64,000 nucleotides of DNA from Harriotta raleighana (Eukaryota). Under the pieces are notes generated by a model. It was not told the origin of the DNA and searched no databases. It saw nothing but the letters and a program-made list of their open reading frames with translations. Both the position numbers and the translations under genes were made by a program. Shown piece by piece: positions 38,717 to 52,516 of this stretch; positions within the stretch are counted from its first letter, which is position 1, and each line of letters starts with the position of its first letter. The DNA lies in assembly GCA_050575255.1 (NCBI GenBank), contig JBNZDD010013638.1:825726-889725 (forward strand). The letters are read 5' to 3'.

Positions 38717-41700
38717 TAATAATCATTGCATTTCATATTGAATCTTTCAATCAGGGGGACATCTCAAGCGCTTTACCATTATATTGTAAAGTGGAGTGAA
38801 TGCATTACGCAGAAGAATACGGCAGTTGCAAACAACATTGTCCCACAAAGAGTCATGAAGCGAATGGACAATTTTGTTTTGGGGATTGATGGTCAGATTG
38901 ATGTCCCTTAAGTAAATTCCATGTAGCACTTTCAAAAACTGCTATTTTCTGTTTTTTTTAGCATTGGTTCAACTCAACCAAAAAAAACTGTGAAAAGTCA
39001 ATATGTTGTTAATTGGTACATCCAGTGCAGTGAGCTGGCTTTGAGCAATCGTGATGGATCACTCGATGTGTTCAGTCATTGCCTGACCATGTTGGGTACA
39101 TGTTTGAATGATGAATTAACAGCCGTGTTAACTGATTCACAGAGCTTGACAACAGTGATGCACAATTCCAAGTAGGACATAAGCTTCCTTCTATAAATCA
39201 GAGCAGCTTCGGAAATATTATTAATTCCCATTATAAATATACTGGAGTAGATTTATAAGAAGTTTATGATATTGTCTTTGCCGTCTACTTCAATAGAAAT
39301 CAATCTAAGGAGCTTATTGTTATGGTTTGTCCTATATATCAGAAGTAAGAATAGGAAACATAAGTACTTCATGGGTGGGGTTGAACTTGCCAAAGAGAAG
39401 CTAACTGAGGTCTATGGATGTTAGTTGACTCAATGCTCATCATGTCAAAATAGCAAAGAACACGATAAATAAGATCCTGGGCTGTGTGGCCAGTTCAGGT
39501 TGAGTTAAGATACCCAGATATCATACTCAGGGGGTATAATGTTCTGGTCAGGCCATACTTACAGTGCTCCGTATAGTTCTGGAGTTCCCAACTACATAAA
39601 TGCCCTATCTGTAGTGTGGAGAGGAGTATAAAGACTAACCTTGAGGAATGAATTATGATCTGGGCCAATCGAAAAGTGCAGAAATATTTGCGATACATCG
39701 CAGGGCATTTGACAACAATTGCGGAGAATTTGTCAAGTCCTCGCACCACTTCCGCGATTCTGACACACAGCAAGCATGTTCCGTGCCCAATCGCAGCGAT
39801 GAGCAAACACAGCAAGAGGCCCGAGCCCTAGCACACTTTGTGTACAGGTTTATAGCGTTTATGTAGCGGAGGGAGGAATTTGTAGCAGATTCTGTGGAAA
39901 AAGTGCAGCCACACAAACTATGACCAACGATTATTGAAGCTACGCTGCATGAGGACACAATATCAATGCAGATTGTTGTTGTTGTATTTCAGGATTCTGG
40001 AACAAATGCTCGGCCATCTAGGAGCTATTGTGATGACTGTGTCATGCCCATTAGCGCCTAATTGAGATCGACAGTTTCAATTGAAGAGAAGGAAAATCAT
40101 AGGCTCCATTCCAACAAAGGGATTATATGAGAATTTGCATGTATGTTTAAGGAGTGTGATTATGAAGGTTTTATGTTATCTGTCAAAACAAATCCATTAC
40201 TAAACTTCCAACTTGATGGAATACTTGTAATAAATTGGGAAACCTGTCACTTGAATCTGCATACCTCAAGAAAATAAACAATTTAACAAGCACAAAGGCA
40301 ATTGAATGCTATAATAATAATCCGTGCATTCGATATAGCACCTTATCACATTATTGAGATCTCTCAAAGTGTTTCACAGTATATTCTGTAAAGTGGATTG
40401 ATTGTGTATTCTGTGTCTGAAATATAGAGGCCACAGCAGTGTCCCACAAACAGTCATGAATTGAGTGACCAAATTATTATGTGGCAGAGGTGAGGGTGGC
40501 GGATTATTACACCTGGAGAGTGATGTTGAGAACTGCAACTCAACATCTTTATATTTATTATTGGGAAGTTATGTCAAAGGTGAGATAACACCTGCAGTCA
40601 ATAATATTTCTGAGGCAGCTCTACTTTATAGAAGGAAGTTTATGACCATACAATTTTTGGTGAATTCTCTTAAGTCCTATTTGGAATGATGGTCCAGGTG
40701 CAACATTTTACAAATGTTATTTTTACTGGTGAGTGCCCAGTACTCACAGTTGTTAACTGCTTAGAAATATCTCCCAGATATCTCTATCTTATAAACCTTC
40801 GTTCAGTGTTTCAGCACCTTGGGACGTCCTCCCAACGTGAAAGGCGCTCTACAAATCTAATTTATTTTCTTCTTTTGTTGTTGTTTGGCTTCTTTTTCTA
40901 GTACAACCTTCTTTGCTTCTAAGGTTTCTTCCTGCTACAGGAATGTATTTATCGCTTATTTCCTTCAGATTCCTGTCACTTCACTCCTTCGGTTTGTGAG
41001 GCCTCAGAAAAGACAGAATCCAGAACATTCTCTGAATATCTTTTGCCTTGACAGCCTAGAGCCATGTAGTTAGGCATTTTGTTTTGAACTGCGTTGTTTC
41101 CATATGTCAATCATTTAAACTCCAAGTGGACTGCTTTCAGATCACAGTCTATTTCCAAGGATTCCGTCTCTAGTTTGAAATTAACATGGATACCCACGGT
41201 ACCTCAGGAACCTGCGTGAAATTCTACCAAAATCCTTTGAGTGGAAAATAATTGAACTTGGGGGACAAAAACAAAACACTCTTAAACATCCTGTGCTTCG
41301 ATGACAATGCGAATATCGCTAATGCGTAATTGAGGTTTTGAGAGAAAATTATAAATGGAAATTTGCAGACATCCTAGTTTGCATTTATATATAGTGACTT
41401 TCACCGCTCTGAGCAGGAAATCTTTCCTACTCAGCTCCTGTTAACTCTGGAAGCCAAAGCCATAATGCCTAGGGTTGTTCTAAACTGGTCAACCAGCTGC
41501 AAGCTTGTCAGGCAATGCTCACCGTGCTCAGCAGCCATGTGGTTTTAACTGAATGCATTCCTGCAGGACCTCAATGCAATTTTAGGGACCCCAAGGCTTG
41601 GCTCTCACCAACCAGGGCCAAACATTCCCTGGAATTAGGTAAGCATGGTGAGTCGCTTCAGGGAATGTTCCATTCCAGATTAATTTCCATGCCTAGATGG

Positions 41701-42574
41701 TATACAAATGTAAAACTCTCAGTCTAGTTTGGATATTCTTAAGGAAGGCAATGGGTTTCCGCCTGTGAAGACACCTGGCTGATCAAAAAAAAAAGTACCT
41801 TTCGCAAGAAAAAGAACATGTCAAAGAACTTGACAAATGTAGTGGTGCACATCGAGCAGAGAAATAAGATATTTAAAGCTGTTGACCAAAGCAGAGTAGA
41901 AGATCGATCATTGCCATGCGGGGTGCTCTGAACAAGGGCTACAGATAAAAGAGACTGACAGAGACATCAGAACAAGAGAGATTTGATATTTCAATGCTAA
42001 TTCATTTTAGCCCCTAAAAACACAGTGAAGGTTTGCCAATAAGTAATCTGCACTAAGAGAAGCTTGGAGGGATAATTAACCAAGCAGTAAAGGAACCAAT
42101 ATACTGTCTGGAAGTAAATGCCGAGGTATGTGTAATATGTGGTGTGCAAGTTCATTCAAAGATTAAAGAATCTACTAAATATTCAACCACAAAACATAGT
42201 TTTTAAATTACAGTATATCCCGTGAAGTGTTTCAAAGACGTGATAAGGTACATATATATGGAATATAATATGGTATACCATCCAGAATTATGCTGTGTCC
42301 TCTCTCAGTACAACCCCACTCGGCTAACTCCCTCCCCTCCCAACCACACCTGGTAGCATACAGCATACGGCAGCAATTTGATCAAGATCAGGATCCTTGT
42401 CCTCAATCTCAATTGTGTCCACTGCCTTGTTCTGCTCTGACATCCTGTGCACCTACTGCCCCAGCCACTCCCTATGCTCAGAAAATAATAGCCTGCTTCA
42501 CACCTCCCCACTCCCCCACCACTGTTCCATCCTTTCCTTTCAGCATGTTTCCTATCCCCAGCACCTGTCATGTA

Positions 42575-42927
42575 CTGGTTAGAGCACACGTCTCACAAGT
42601 GAGAGGACTCAGGTTTGATTGCTGGGCGGGAAAAAACCTTGGGCAGGTTTCCTTACTCCACAAGTTTCTGATTACCTAACAGTAAGTAGCAACCCAGTTG
42701 TTAATTGATTGTTGGTTCGTTGCAGGCGTAATCATCGCAAAACAAAATGGTTTGTATGACATGACTATTTGTATGAAATGCACACTGCTGTGCTCAAATT
42801 GGCTGCTACATTTTGCCCAAAAAATACATAGTCAATCCACTTCATAATTTATTCTGTGAAGCCCTTTAAGACATCTCAACAATGTGATAAGGCACTATAT
42901 CAAATACAAAAATTATTATTATTATTG
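42575..42927 (+). mobile_element. tRNA-derived SINE, longer subfamily
   Basis: Head tggttagagcac, extra internal segment, Deu-like core, (tta)n tail. Confidence 0.75.
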
Positions 42928-45524
42928 TAGTTCCTCCCATCTCCCAACTTGAGCTCCCAGTCCATTATGTGAAGCGCTTTGAGGCATTCTCCAAACATTG
43001 AAAACGCTTCATAAATGTTAATATCTGTTGTTGATGTATGTAAGGGACACAACATTGGCACAGCTTTCACTCCTCAGGCAGTGATTAAGGCTGGATTCTT
43101 TATTAGCCTTAGCTTAGTGTAAATAATCTGGAAGAACATTATAAATATTGTTCCATTAACCAGAGTAATAGTGGGTTTTTCATTGCTGTGAATCTCAATG
43201 ATTTCCCTGCTTTACTCTAATCTGACAGATTTACATTTAGAACTGAACGGCAGAAACAAATTCAGAGTGTAACTCAGCACCAACCGTTTAATAATTGTAA
43301 TAAATAACACATAATAGATGGCTTAGTGAGTTACTAGGTAGATATTCAATCAAGTACTTTCACCTGCAAATTGGAGGAATACTCACAGTATTCCATTTGA
43401 GAGCAGAGAATACATATTTAAACTCCTGCATTCCCTCTTTTATTTTAAAACAAACTTATTACGTGACAGGCATGCTAGAAGCATCTTGCATGAGAAAAGC
43501 AATAAAGATGAGAGTGACATAGGAGTTAAAGTATTCAGCTTCACGTGATTTGTGCTGCAGCAAAATCACTTTAGCATTTCCTCCCAGACACAGGATTATC
43601 TTCTTCAACTAGCATTTTCAATAATACTCTAAGAAGCTAGAGTATTAATACAGTAATAACCCATAGTAACAAAGCTTTTTGTCTCTTGTTTCTTTTTTAT
43701 TTTTGAGCAAAATCTTGTCTTCTTCCATTTCAAAAATGAATTTCTTGCGTAAAGCCCACAAAACAATTTCATGCACAGCTTTTGGTTTTAACCTGACTAA
43801 TTTATCTCCCCCCCCCCACCACTTTTAACGTGTGCCGAATAGCTGTCAAAATGTTAATTCAAATCCATGGTTAGTGTTCATTCAATGTGGATGGTGCCTT
43901 CAGAAGCTGCGAGCATCAAACCAATGTGGATGGAATATTAAAAGGAGTTATTTTGATTGTCTCCATTTTATCAGCGCTGTATCTTTGATCAATTTATTTA
44001 ATCAAAAACAGAGCAGATTATTTTTGTATGAAGCACATCCTAAAAAAAACATAAATTTTGGGCAAACACTGATTTAATATTTTCAGGCTGTTTATAGTAT
44101 TGTTCCCTTTCAGACTGTGCATCACTGATTAGACGGACAGAACAAATTCCCTGATATAATAGGTTGACTGGAAGCGCTGGTTTGCTGATTTTGACATGCC
44201 TGTTCCAATATGGAGATTTATTGCTTCAGGAAAACTTACTGTTCTGGTGGAGCGAGAGAGAGAGAGAGGAAGAGAAAAATAAATCTATAATCAGTTGCTG
44301 TCTGTAACAAGGATTCATAAGGTTTCAATAAAATTGCCATCATTTATTAATGAGACTGAACTATTCTGCGGGTTTAAATAGCCTATTAAGAGGCTGAATG
44401 TTTAAATTCAGTGGTCCTAACCGGACACATCTGGTCAGATACTAAATTATTTTAATAAGCATTTTGCATTCACTTTGCATTCAAGATACAGACCAAATGC
44501 TCTATGCTTATAGTGTCAATTATAGCCACAGTCTAGTCAATCACATCTTTGTCTCTTCTCAGGTAAAATCAACCATGGGAAACTTGAATAAATAAGAGGA
44601 AAGCTTGCAATAGATCTGAGGAAAAGGCCAAACACACTGACAATTAATAATGAGAAGTGGAGTCAGCTAAGGCGATCCTGTATTTGCTACCTGCAGAGCA
44701 CCGTAGGGGAGCTTCAAAAGCATCTAGTTTCAAACTCATTTTCTGGAACATACTTTAATTATTAAAGTTGTGAAATTTTGAGGGGAAAATCATTACGGCG
44801 AGCTATCTTTCATAGGGTCATTTTTAAACTATTTTTGGAAGGTTTAAGTTTTAATTGTAATTGTGTAAAACAGTGCGAGATTTCCCCCATTGTACTCTGA
44901 TTTATCAGTTGGTAAAATCACTGGTTGGAATGAAACAGCCAAGGTTGATCCTAGGTTTGATTCCTGATAGGCTCTGAGTGACTTGACATCAGACAGTTAA
45001 GGGCTCTACAATTGGTCTCTGGGAGGACAAAAATCACTTAGGTGCTCAGTTTCTTCTTATTGGTACCCAATAATCATTGCTGGAAAATGCTCTAGTGGCT
45101 GTCAGTTAAGAACAGAGATACCTGGAGAACTAGAGAAATGTTCAGTACCAGAGAAGTCATTCAATGCATTGTGACAGCTGCATGGTTTTCTAAATCGCCT
45201 GTTTTATTAATCCCACTTTAAAATTTTAAACCATATCCCTAATGTTTATAATTATCTGCATAACTTCATAAGGATGATACCAGAGATACAAGGTTAAAGC
45301 AATGAGGCAATGTGAAAAAGGTTACAACTCTTGCCATTAAGGCAGAGAAGGCAACAGAATCCAGATTGGCAGCTAGTTCGAGAGGTATTCAGCATCTGTG
45401 AATTCAACTCCAGCATCAATTAAACCATCACGACACAGGATTAAAGCGAGCATCCCAGCCCTCCCTAAAAAAACAAGCCGCCTAACGTTTCATAGCCTTG
45501 GCTTCCCAAAACACCTCACAGTGG

Positions 45525-45960
45525 TAATAATAATTATAGTACTCCTTGCATTTGATATAATGTCTTTCACATTGTTGAGCCATCGCAAAGCGCTTCACAG
45601 ATTATACTTTAGAGCGAGTGTATTGTGTGAGCAAAGTGCGGCAGCTAGCTGCACATGGCAATGTCCCACAGACAGCCATGGAATGAGTGACCAATTTTGT
45701 TTCGTGGGATTATTGACCAGGACATCGGAAAAGAGAAACTCTCTTCTCATTAAGAATCTTTAATGTCCAACTGAACAGGCAGACGGGATCTTGGTTCAAC
45801 ATTTCATCTGAAAGATGACACCTCCGATAATGCAATACACCTCCAGCACTGCATTGGAGTGTCAATGGTTAGGTTATGTGAGTCCAAAGCTCGACCTGGA
45901 CCTTGAACCCACAACTTTCTGATTCAGAAGTGAGAGTACGACCACTGCGACACGCTAACA
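45525..45960 (-). mobile_element. SacSINE1/DeuSINE-like element, near full length
   Basis: Head, core (gtgtcatctttcagatgaaatgttgaacc on minus strand), Deu segment and tail all present in order. Confidence 0.78.
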
Positions 45961-46146
45961 CACAATCTCTACAGTGGAGAGACAATAACCCACATTAATT
46001 GGGACCATTCCGACTGTCGATAAGCAAACAATGTGAACCTTTGCAAATGGAGCAAAATATCAATTGGATACAGCGGTAACCAAAACAATTGTTTTGTCAG
46101 AAGTTATACTATTACTGCAGTACCATACTTCTCTCTGAATCTTTCT

Positions 46147-46460
46147 GGAGCCCTGTAGCTCATTGGTTAGAGCACTTGCCTTATAAGCGAGAGACCTGGG
46201 TTCAATTCCAGGCAGAGAGAAACGTTAAGCAAGTATCCTTACTCCACACATTTAATAATAATCCCTCAAAAAAAAGCAAAAATAATTGGGTCACTTCAAT
46301 TCCATGACTGTTTGTGGGACTCTGTTGTGCGCAATTGGCTGCCGAGTCTCGCCCACGTATATACAGTCAATTCACTTTACAGTATATTCTGTGAAGCACT
46401 TCAGACATCTACAAGACATGAAAAACATTATATCAAATGCAAAAATTATTACTATTATTG
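46147..46460 (+). mobile_element. tRNA-derived SINE, full length
   Basis: ggagccctgtagctcattggttagagcac...gggttcaattcc...aatgcaaaaattatt. Confidence 0.88.
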
Positions 46461-46899
46461 TTTTTATTTCTTTTGCTTATTTCTTTAATTCCTCTTGTTT
46501 TGCTCTCACTCTGAGCCTCTGCCTTTCTTTCTCTCTTTCTATTTGCCTCTCTTCTCTCTTAGAATGTTTCTAAGTCTTTCTGAGTCTCTAGTTTTCTAAC
46601 TCTGTATAATTATGATTTTCTCCATCTTTAAGTCTATCTCTATGTCTATTTCTTTCTCAAAATGCTTCACTGTACACAGGCACAGACACTTGCCTTTGTG
46701 GTATCAATAAAAAATCCAGTTACACGTAAGTGAGAAGTTATGTAAGAATACAAGGGACGCAGTGTCTGTAACTCATATGGCTAGCAACCATGCGCAAATA
46801 CATGCATCTTTGTAGATATTTACAGCTGGATTTCATTTGCAAGTACGTCACAGCTCATAGTTCCGATATGGATACGCAGATAGTTGCTGTGCATGTTAC

Positions 46900-47920
46900 A
46901 TGCACCCCTCCAATCTGGTTTCAATCCTGCCTACAGCAGGAAACAGCTCTGGTCAACGTTACAATGACATTCTGTCCATCTATGACCAGGGCTACCTCTG
47001 TCTCCTTGACCTCCCTGCTACCTTTGACACTCTGGACCTCTCTATCCTCCTCCACCGACTCTCCTCTCACCTCAACCTTCTCTCATACTGGCTCACTTTG
47101 TCTCCACAAATACCTTCTCCTCCAGCCCTGCACAGTCTTCTTCCTCAGCACTCTGTCCTCAGTCGCCTCTTCTTCAACTTGTACATGCTCACTCTTTATG
47201 ATATTATCTGCAGTCATGGGGTCAACTTCCACATGTATGCTAATGACACTCAACTCTATTTTTCTGCCTCCACTCTCAACCTCTGGACCACTGATGTCCA
47301 CTCAGTTGAACATCAGCAATACCAAGGCTCTCCTGATTGGCTTACGCCAGCTCCTCTGCACCACAGGCAGCATCAGTATCCATGGATGCTCACTCTACCT
47401 CACCAAGCCAGTCAGGAACCTAGGCATTTTGTTTGGCCCTCAACTGTCCTTTCTCCAGCACAACTGTGCCATGACCAGCACTGCCTTTGTCTGTGCGACA
47501 TTGCCCGACTCCACTTCTGCCTCACCCCTCAGGCCACCAAAACCTTCATAATGCCTTAATTACAATCAAGCTTTCGACTATGCCAATGTCCTGTTTGTCA
47601 GTCTTTCCAACTCTTCCCTCTTCAAGCTGCAGATCATCCAGAACGCTGCAGCTCATATTCTCTCCCGTATCTGGCTCCTCTGTTTGTCCATTCCTCAGAG
47701 GATCGAGTTCTCATCCTCCACCTTCAAGGCCTTTCATGCCCTTGCCCCCTTCTACTTCTCCGACCTGCTAACCCCTCAACAATCTGCCCGCTTTCTTCAC
47801 TCAGCAGGCTCCACCCTGTTCCATATTCCTGCCCGGCCAGCCCACTATTGACGGTCGGGCCTTTAGCTTCTCCGTCCCTACCTGCTAGAACTCCATCCCA
47901 CATTCCCTTCACCTCACTTG
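46900..47920 (+). mobile_element. L2 LINE RT-domain remnant
   Basis: ORF 46900..47559: [44 protein letters not shown] (YADD-like); VRNLG in another frame. Confidence 0.9.
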
Positions 47921-50639
47921 GTTTCAACAGCAGTCACTCTTCACATACCTGCTGGAATTCTTTGAGGAGTGAACCAAGTTAATGGACAACTGCTATCCAA
48001 TTAATATAATTTGCTTGTTTTTTTTCATAAGGGATAATGTGTCATATGTGAACGCTTAAAGAAGAATAAAGTTAGTGCAATTAATGACAAATAACTAACT
48101 GGATTGGAAATTGTCTTGGCAAGAGGGAAGCAGAAAATGAATGGAAAAAGCTCAGTCTGGGAAATTGCTAACATAACTTTTCTGCAGGATTGTGTTCTGG
48201 ATTCCAGCTAATTGTAGTATTTAAGTGATGCAGACAGGGCCATTGTAGCATTATCATGAAACTTGCTGAGTTGCATAACCTAGTGACTGACTCATTTCAG
48301 GGAAATTGATAACATTTAGAATGATCTATAATAATATAATAAACCTTGCATTTGATATTGCACTTTATCACCCCGTGAGCTTCACAGAATACAGTACAGT
48401 ATTTTGAAAAGTGCACTGCCTGTATATTTTGTGCGATCTAGACCAATTAGGTGGATGGAGCAAGGAATTTTAGATGAATTTGCAGATGAATTTTAATTCA
48501 GATTATGTCCAGAAATACATACTGGAACAGCAGACTTGAAGCATAAGTACACAATGATTGGGAAACCAGACTTTGAAAAAGTTATTGATAATTCACTGAA
48601 AGCAGTCAGTATGAATTACAGATGACCATGTTAAGTGTAGTTGAATTTAAAATGCTGCTGATTCAATGAGCGATTAAGATTATGAATTATAACTTGCCTC
48701 TTCTAAATTATAATGTCTCCTCAACTATTTGATCTGCTGCTTCCTTGTAAAAGCACTCAGGTTTATGTGTTTCAGGCAATGAATATCACACTGCAAACAT
48801 TTCCTCGACAGCAGTTAACCATTCAGTCGCACGATTGTACCAAGATTGTGAGATAATTGTCACAATTTGTGAGACAGCAGATAATTGTCACAAGATTCGG
48901 ATGAACTCTCCTTACAAAATCAGCGTCACACATTCCAGTCACACTAAATGGAAACCTATGGCAACCTCCCATTAAAAGCATATACTGGTGAAGCCAATAA
49001 ACGTACAAACCATCAGAAAATAAGATTCACAAGGTAACTACATTGCCAACAATCATGGAATCAACCCCCTCCCCTCCCTGCCTCCAAGGCAAACTGGAGA
49101 GCAGAACATAAGCGAGCAAAATGTTAACAGTGTTAGTTGTAAAGAAGCTAAAAGGCTGATCTGATAGAGGTCTTCAAGTTCTATGATAAGGCAAACAGTA
49201 ATAAATTATCTCCATTGGCGGGTGAATCAGTCACAAAAGGGCACAAATGTAAAGTAATCACAAAAGACTCTAAGCAAGAATTTTATAGAATGCTCAAATT
49301 AGTATCTGTTCTTTTATTGTAAGAAATCAAACACCTGCTATCCTTTGTGTGGGAGTAAAAATGAGTAGGATGCCACCCACAGGCTTGCATGGAAAAGGGA
49401 CGAAAATTATTCTGAGCTTGACAATTCTGACATGATAATGTGCAACATGCAATGTTCCCTTGTCAAACATCTGTTTCACAATACACAGTGTTATCCTTGT
49501 ACTTTTCCAAAAGGGGAAAGTGTCACTCAGGTGTTAAACTCTTATTTTTTAAAAACACAGTACAGTATACAGTATGTGCAATAACAAAATGTGTTTGTGC
49601 AACTTTCCATAGGTATAAGATGTAGGTATCTGCCCACCCAGGTGCTTTCTCAAACACTAATATCATAGAATTTTTGCGCCATTTACTTTACTAAATAGAT
49701 GCCAGAGCCCTTGGGTGAATCGCTAAATTAATTCAAAATTATTGATTTGTTTTAACAGCAGTCATTCAAAAATGAAGTTTTTTTATTTGCAATTTCCCAA
49801 AGTATTCTTTTAATGGTTATTAAAATGCAATATGAATGTCATCTGCATTTGAAAACAGAATAATCATTTGTAAATATCATCTTAATATTTCAGAAGCTGA
49901 GATGTGAGTATAGCATTGAACACAATGGAGATGAAAATACGATTTTGAAAACTGTGCTAAATGTGCTTTCTGGTTTCCGAGAAAAAATAATTTTGACCCT
50001 AATATAAATCCACCATATTCCACCACTGAGTCTATCCTTCAATCATTCACTGAACCTAGTAAACCTTTTTTTTGTTTACAATGGGAAATGCTGTTAAAAA
50101 CACCTAAGGAAATGTTAATCAACAGATGATAAAAGTCTGGTGCATTCCTCAGTAATACATGAGGACCAAATAAAGCAGAAACTACTGAGCACTGGTTACT
50201 AAATAACAAATAAAATTAATTTAAAAGAGCTACTTAAGATGTCTGATTACTTTAAATATTACATATTTTATTCTCAGGGTATAAAAAGATATAGTGGTGT
50301 ACACAAGTATGTAAGAACATTAACATGTGCTGCCCTGAATGGATTTGTGCCTGCAAACTCACCCACTGCTAAATTCCAAACATTAGCTATGATATGGGTA
50401 CGTATTAATTCACGTTAGATAGTTAGGCTGTAACTAACTTTACTTGATGCTCCTTTGGAAACATTGCATATTCGGATATACTGTACAGTATCAGCCTCCC
50501 ACGATTGCAAATTATGCACTGTGACAGAATCTGTCAGTCAACACTAGAGTGCGTTTTACCTACTGCATGACTCTTATTGTCAGTGCAATGACATGAAAAG
50601 TACTATACAGTATTAAATGGAAGGATTATTATTATTATC

Positions 50640-50842
50640 TCTGCAGAACTCTCTCCTTCAATCCCTCTGCCTTGCCCCATCCTTTCCCTCTTTTAGATCA
50701 CAACTGAAGACCTTCCTCTTCGACTGTGCATACAGACACCTTCTCTCACTGCCGCAGCTCGCATCAGGCTCTGTCACCTTTAGCGCTCCGAGATGTTGAC
50801 CCACATGAAGAGCGTTATATAAATACAAGTTGTCGTTGTTTT
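50640..50842 (+). mobile_element. L2 3' end
   Basis: NSLLQSLCLAPSFPSFRSQLKTFLF followed by a stem-loop tail. Confidence 0.7.
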
Positions 50843-51933
50843 CATCCATGTCGCAAATAATTTTATTCTGTTCATAAAAATAATTAAGCAGTCATATAAT
50901 CCAGAGGTCACGTACCTGATCCCAGCCAGGTCAACAGTGGAAGCAATGTAAATACATCCAAAGCATCCCGTACTATAGAGAAAAGGCAGCATTCTCATAC
51001 CTCTTTAGTGATCCCCCAAGTTTCCATATGCGAGTGTCATGTCCACTGCTGGAACCAAGCATATGAAGGAGGCAATTTGTGAGGTTGTAAGATTAATACA
51101 ACTTTGTAGGTACAGTGAAATATCATTTCACAATATTTTATTCTTCTTCCAGACAGGGAGCTCGTCTTTGAACAGTGAATAGAAATTAAAACAGCTTTAT
51201 GATCTCAGTTGGATGGTAAATGAGTTGCAAACATCCAAAACACACCAAAAAGTAACACTTACTTGCATGTATGCACCAGGATTGAGTACTGTAACTGAGA
51301 AAAGAACTGAGAAATAAATACCTTTAGCCCAATGTCTCAACAGTGTGCTTGTTATTAGTGAAAGATGGTGTCTCTTTACACAATACTATCAGTTGAAAAT
51401 ATTCTCAGATTTAGTCTACAAATGCCGAACAGCAGTAGAGTACCGAATGTCAATTTTCTGTCTTACAATTGTCAATGTATAAGATTCACTGCTGTGTTAA
51501 ACCATGTTGAAATGTTAAATTATCAATACATGCTGCCAAAGCAGCCTGAATGCCTGGTAGTAAATTAGTATGAAATCACACAAGAGGTACAAATTTCTCT
51601 TCAATGTCTTTAAGGTTATTTTATTGATGTCTTTAAAGTACTAATATCTCCACTCTGTGTCTCCAGGTGCCTTTCTCAAGGCTTGAGATTAAACCTGTAC
51701 ACACTGGAGCAGAGGAGACTGAGGTCCTCCACGATTCTGTAAAATGGCAAATCTTTAGTCAACATGTCGATCTTTTATTCCTCCCAAATTGGCCTTGTGG
51801 ATTTTTGGTTTTGAGTGGTTGGGGAAAGGAACCAAGTGTAGTTATAACATTGGGTGCAAGGAGGTGATTTAACCCAGAAGAAGCAATTTTAAGCCTGTGA
51901 ATCTTCTCTCATTGTTTCAATAATACATGCACA

Positions 51934-52516
51934 TAATAATAATCCTTGCATTTGATATAGCACTTTTCAAGTCTTCTAGACGTCTCAAAGTACTTCACAG
52001 TATATACTGTGACGTTAGCTAACTGCTTATTTATGGGCAAAATGTGGCAGCCAATTGCACACAGCATTGTCCCACAAACAGTTGTGAATTGAAATGAACA
52101 AAATTATTATTTTTTTTGGGAGATTATCAGGCATTATTATAGGATTCCACAACATCTTGGGAAGAGCTTTGAAACATCTTCCCAACTTTAAAACTAATGC
52201 ATCAAATACAGTAATAATAATCCTTGCATTTGATATAGGGCTTTTCACATCTTCTAGTCTGTGTTTCACAGAATAGATTGTAAAGTGAATTGACTGTATA
52301 TTTGTGGGAAAAACACGGCAGGCAATTGCACACAGCAGTGTCCCACAAACTGTCGTGGATTGAAGTGACCAATTTATTATTGTTTTTTTTTCTTAAGGGA
52401 TAATCATCAAGCGTGTGGAGTAAGGAAACTTGCCCAAGGTTTCATCCTGCTTGGAATTGAACCCAGGTCTCTCTCTTGCAAGGCAAGTGCTCTAACCAAT
52501 GAGCTACAGGACTCCA
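51934..52516 (-). mobile_element. Two tandem tRNA-SINE copies (partial 51934-52130; full 52211-52516)
   Basis: Both begin aataataatccttgcatttgatatag on the plus strand; the second ends gagctacaggactcc. Confidence 0.88.

Noticed and set aside
46790-47559. Longest ORFs in the window (253 aa and 219 aa)
   Set aside because: Frameshifted, decayed L2 reverse transcriptase and its alternative frame; not a host gene or an active element.
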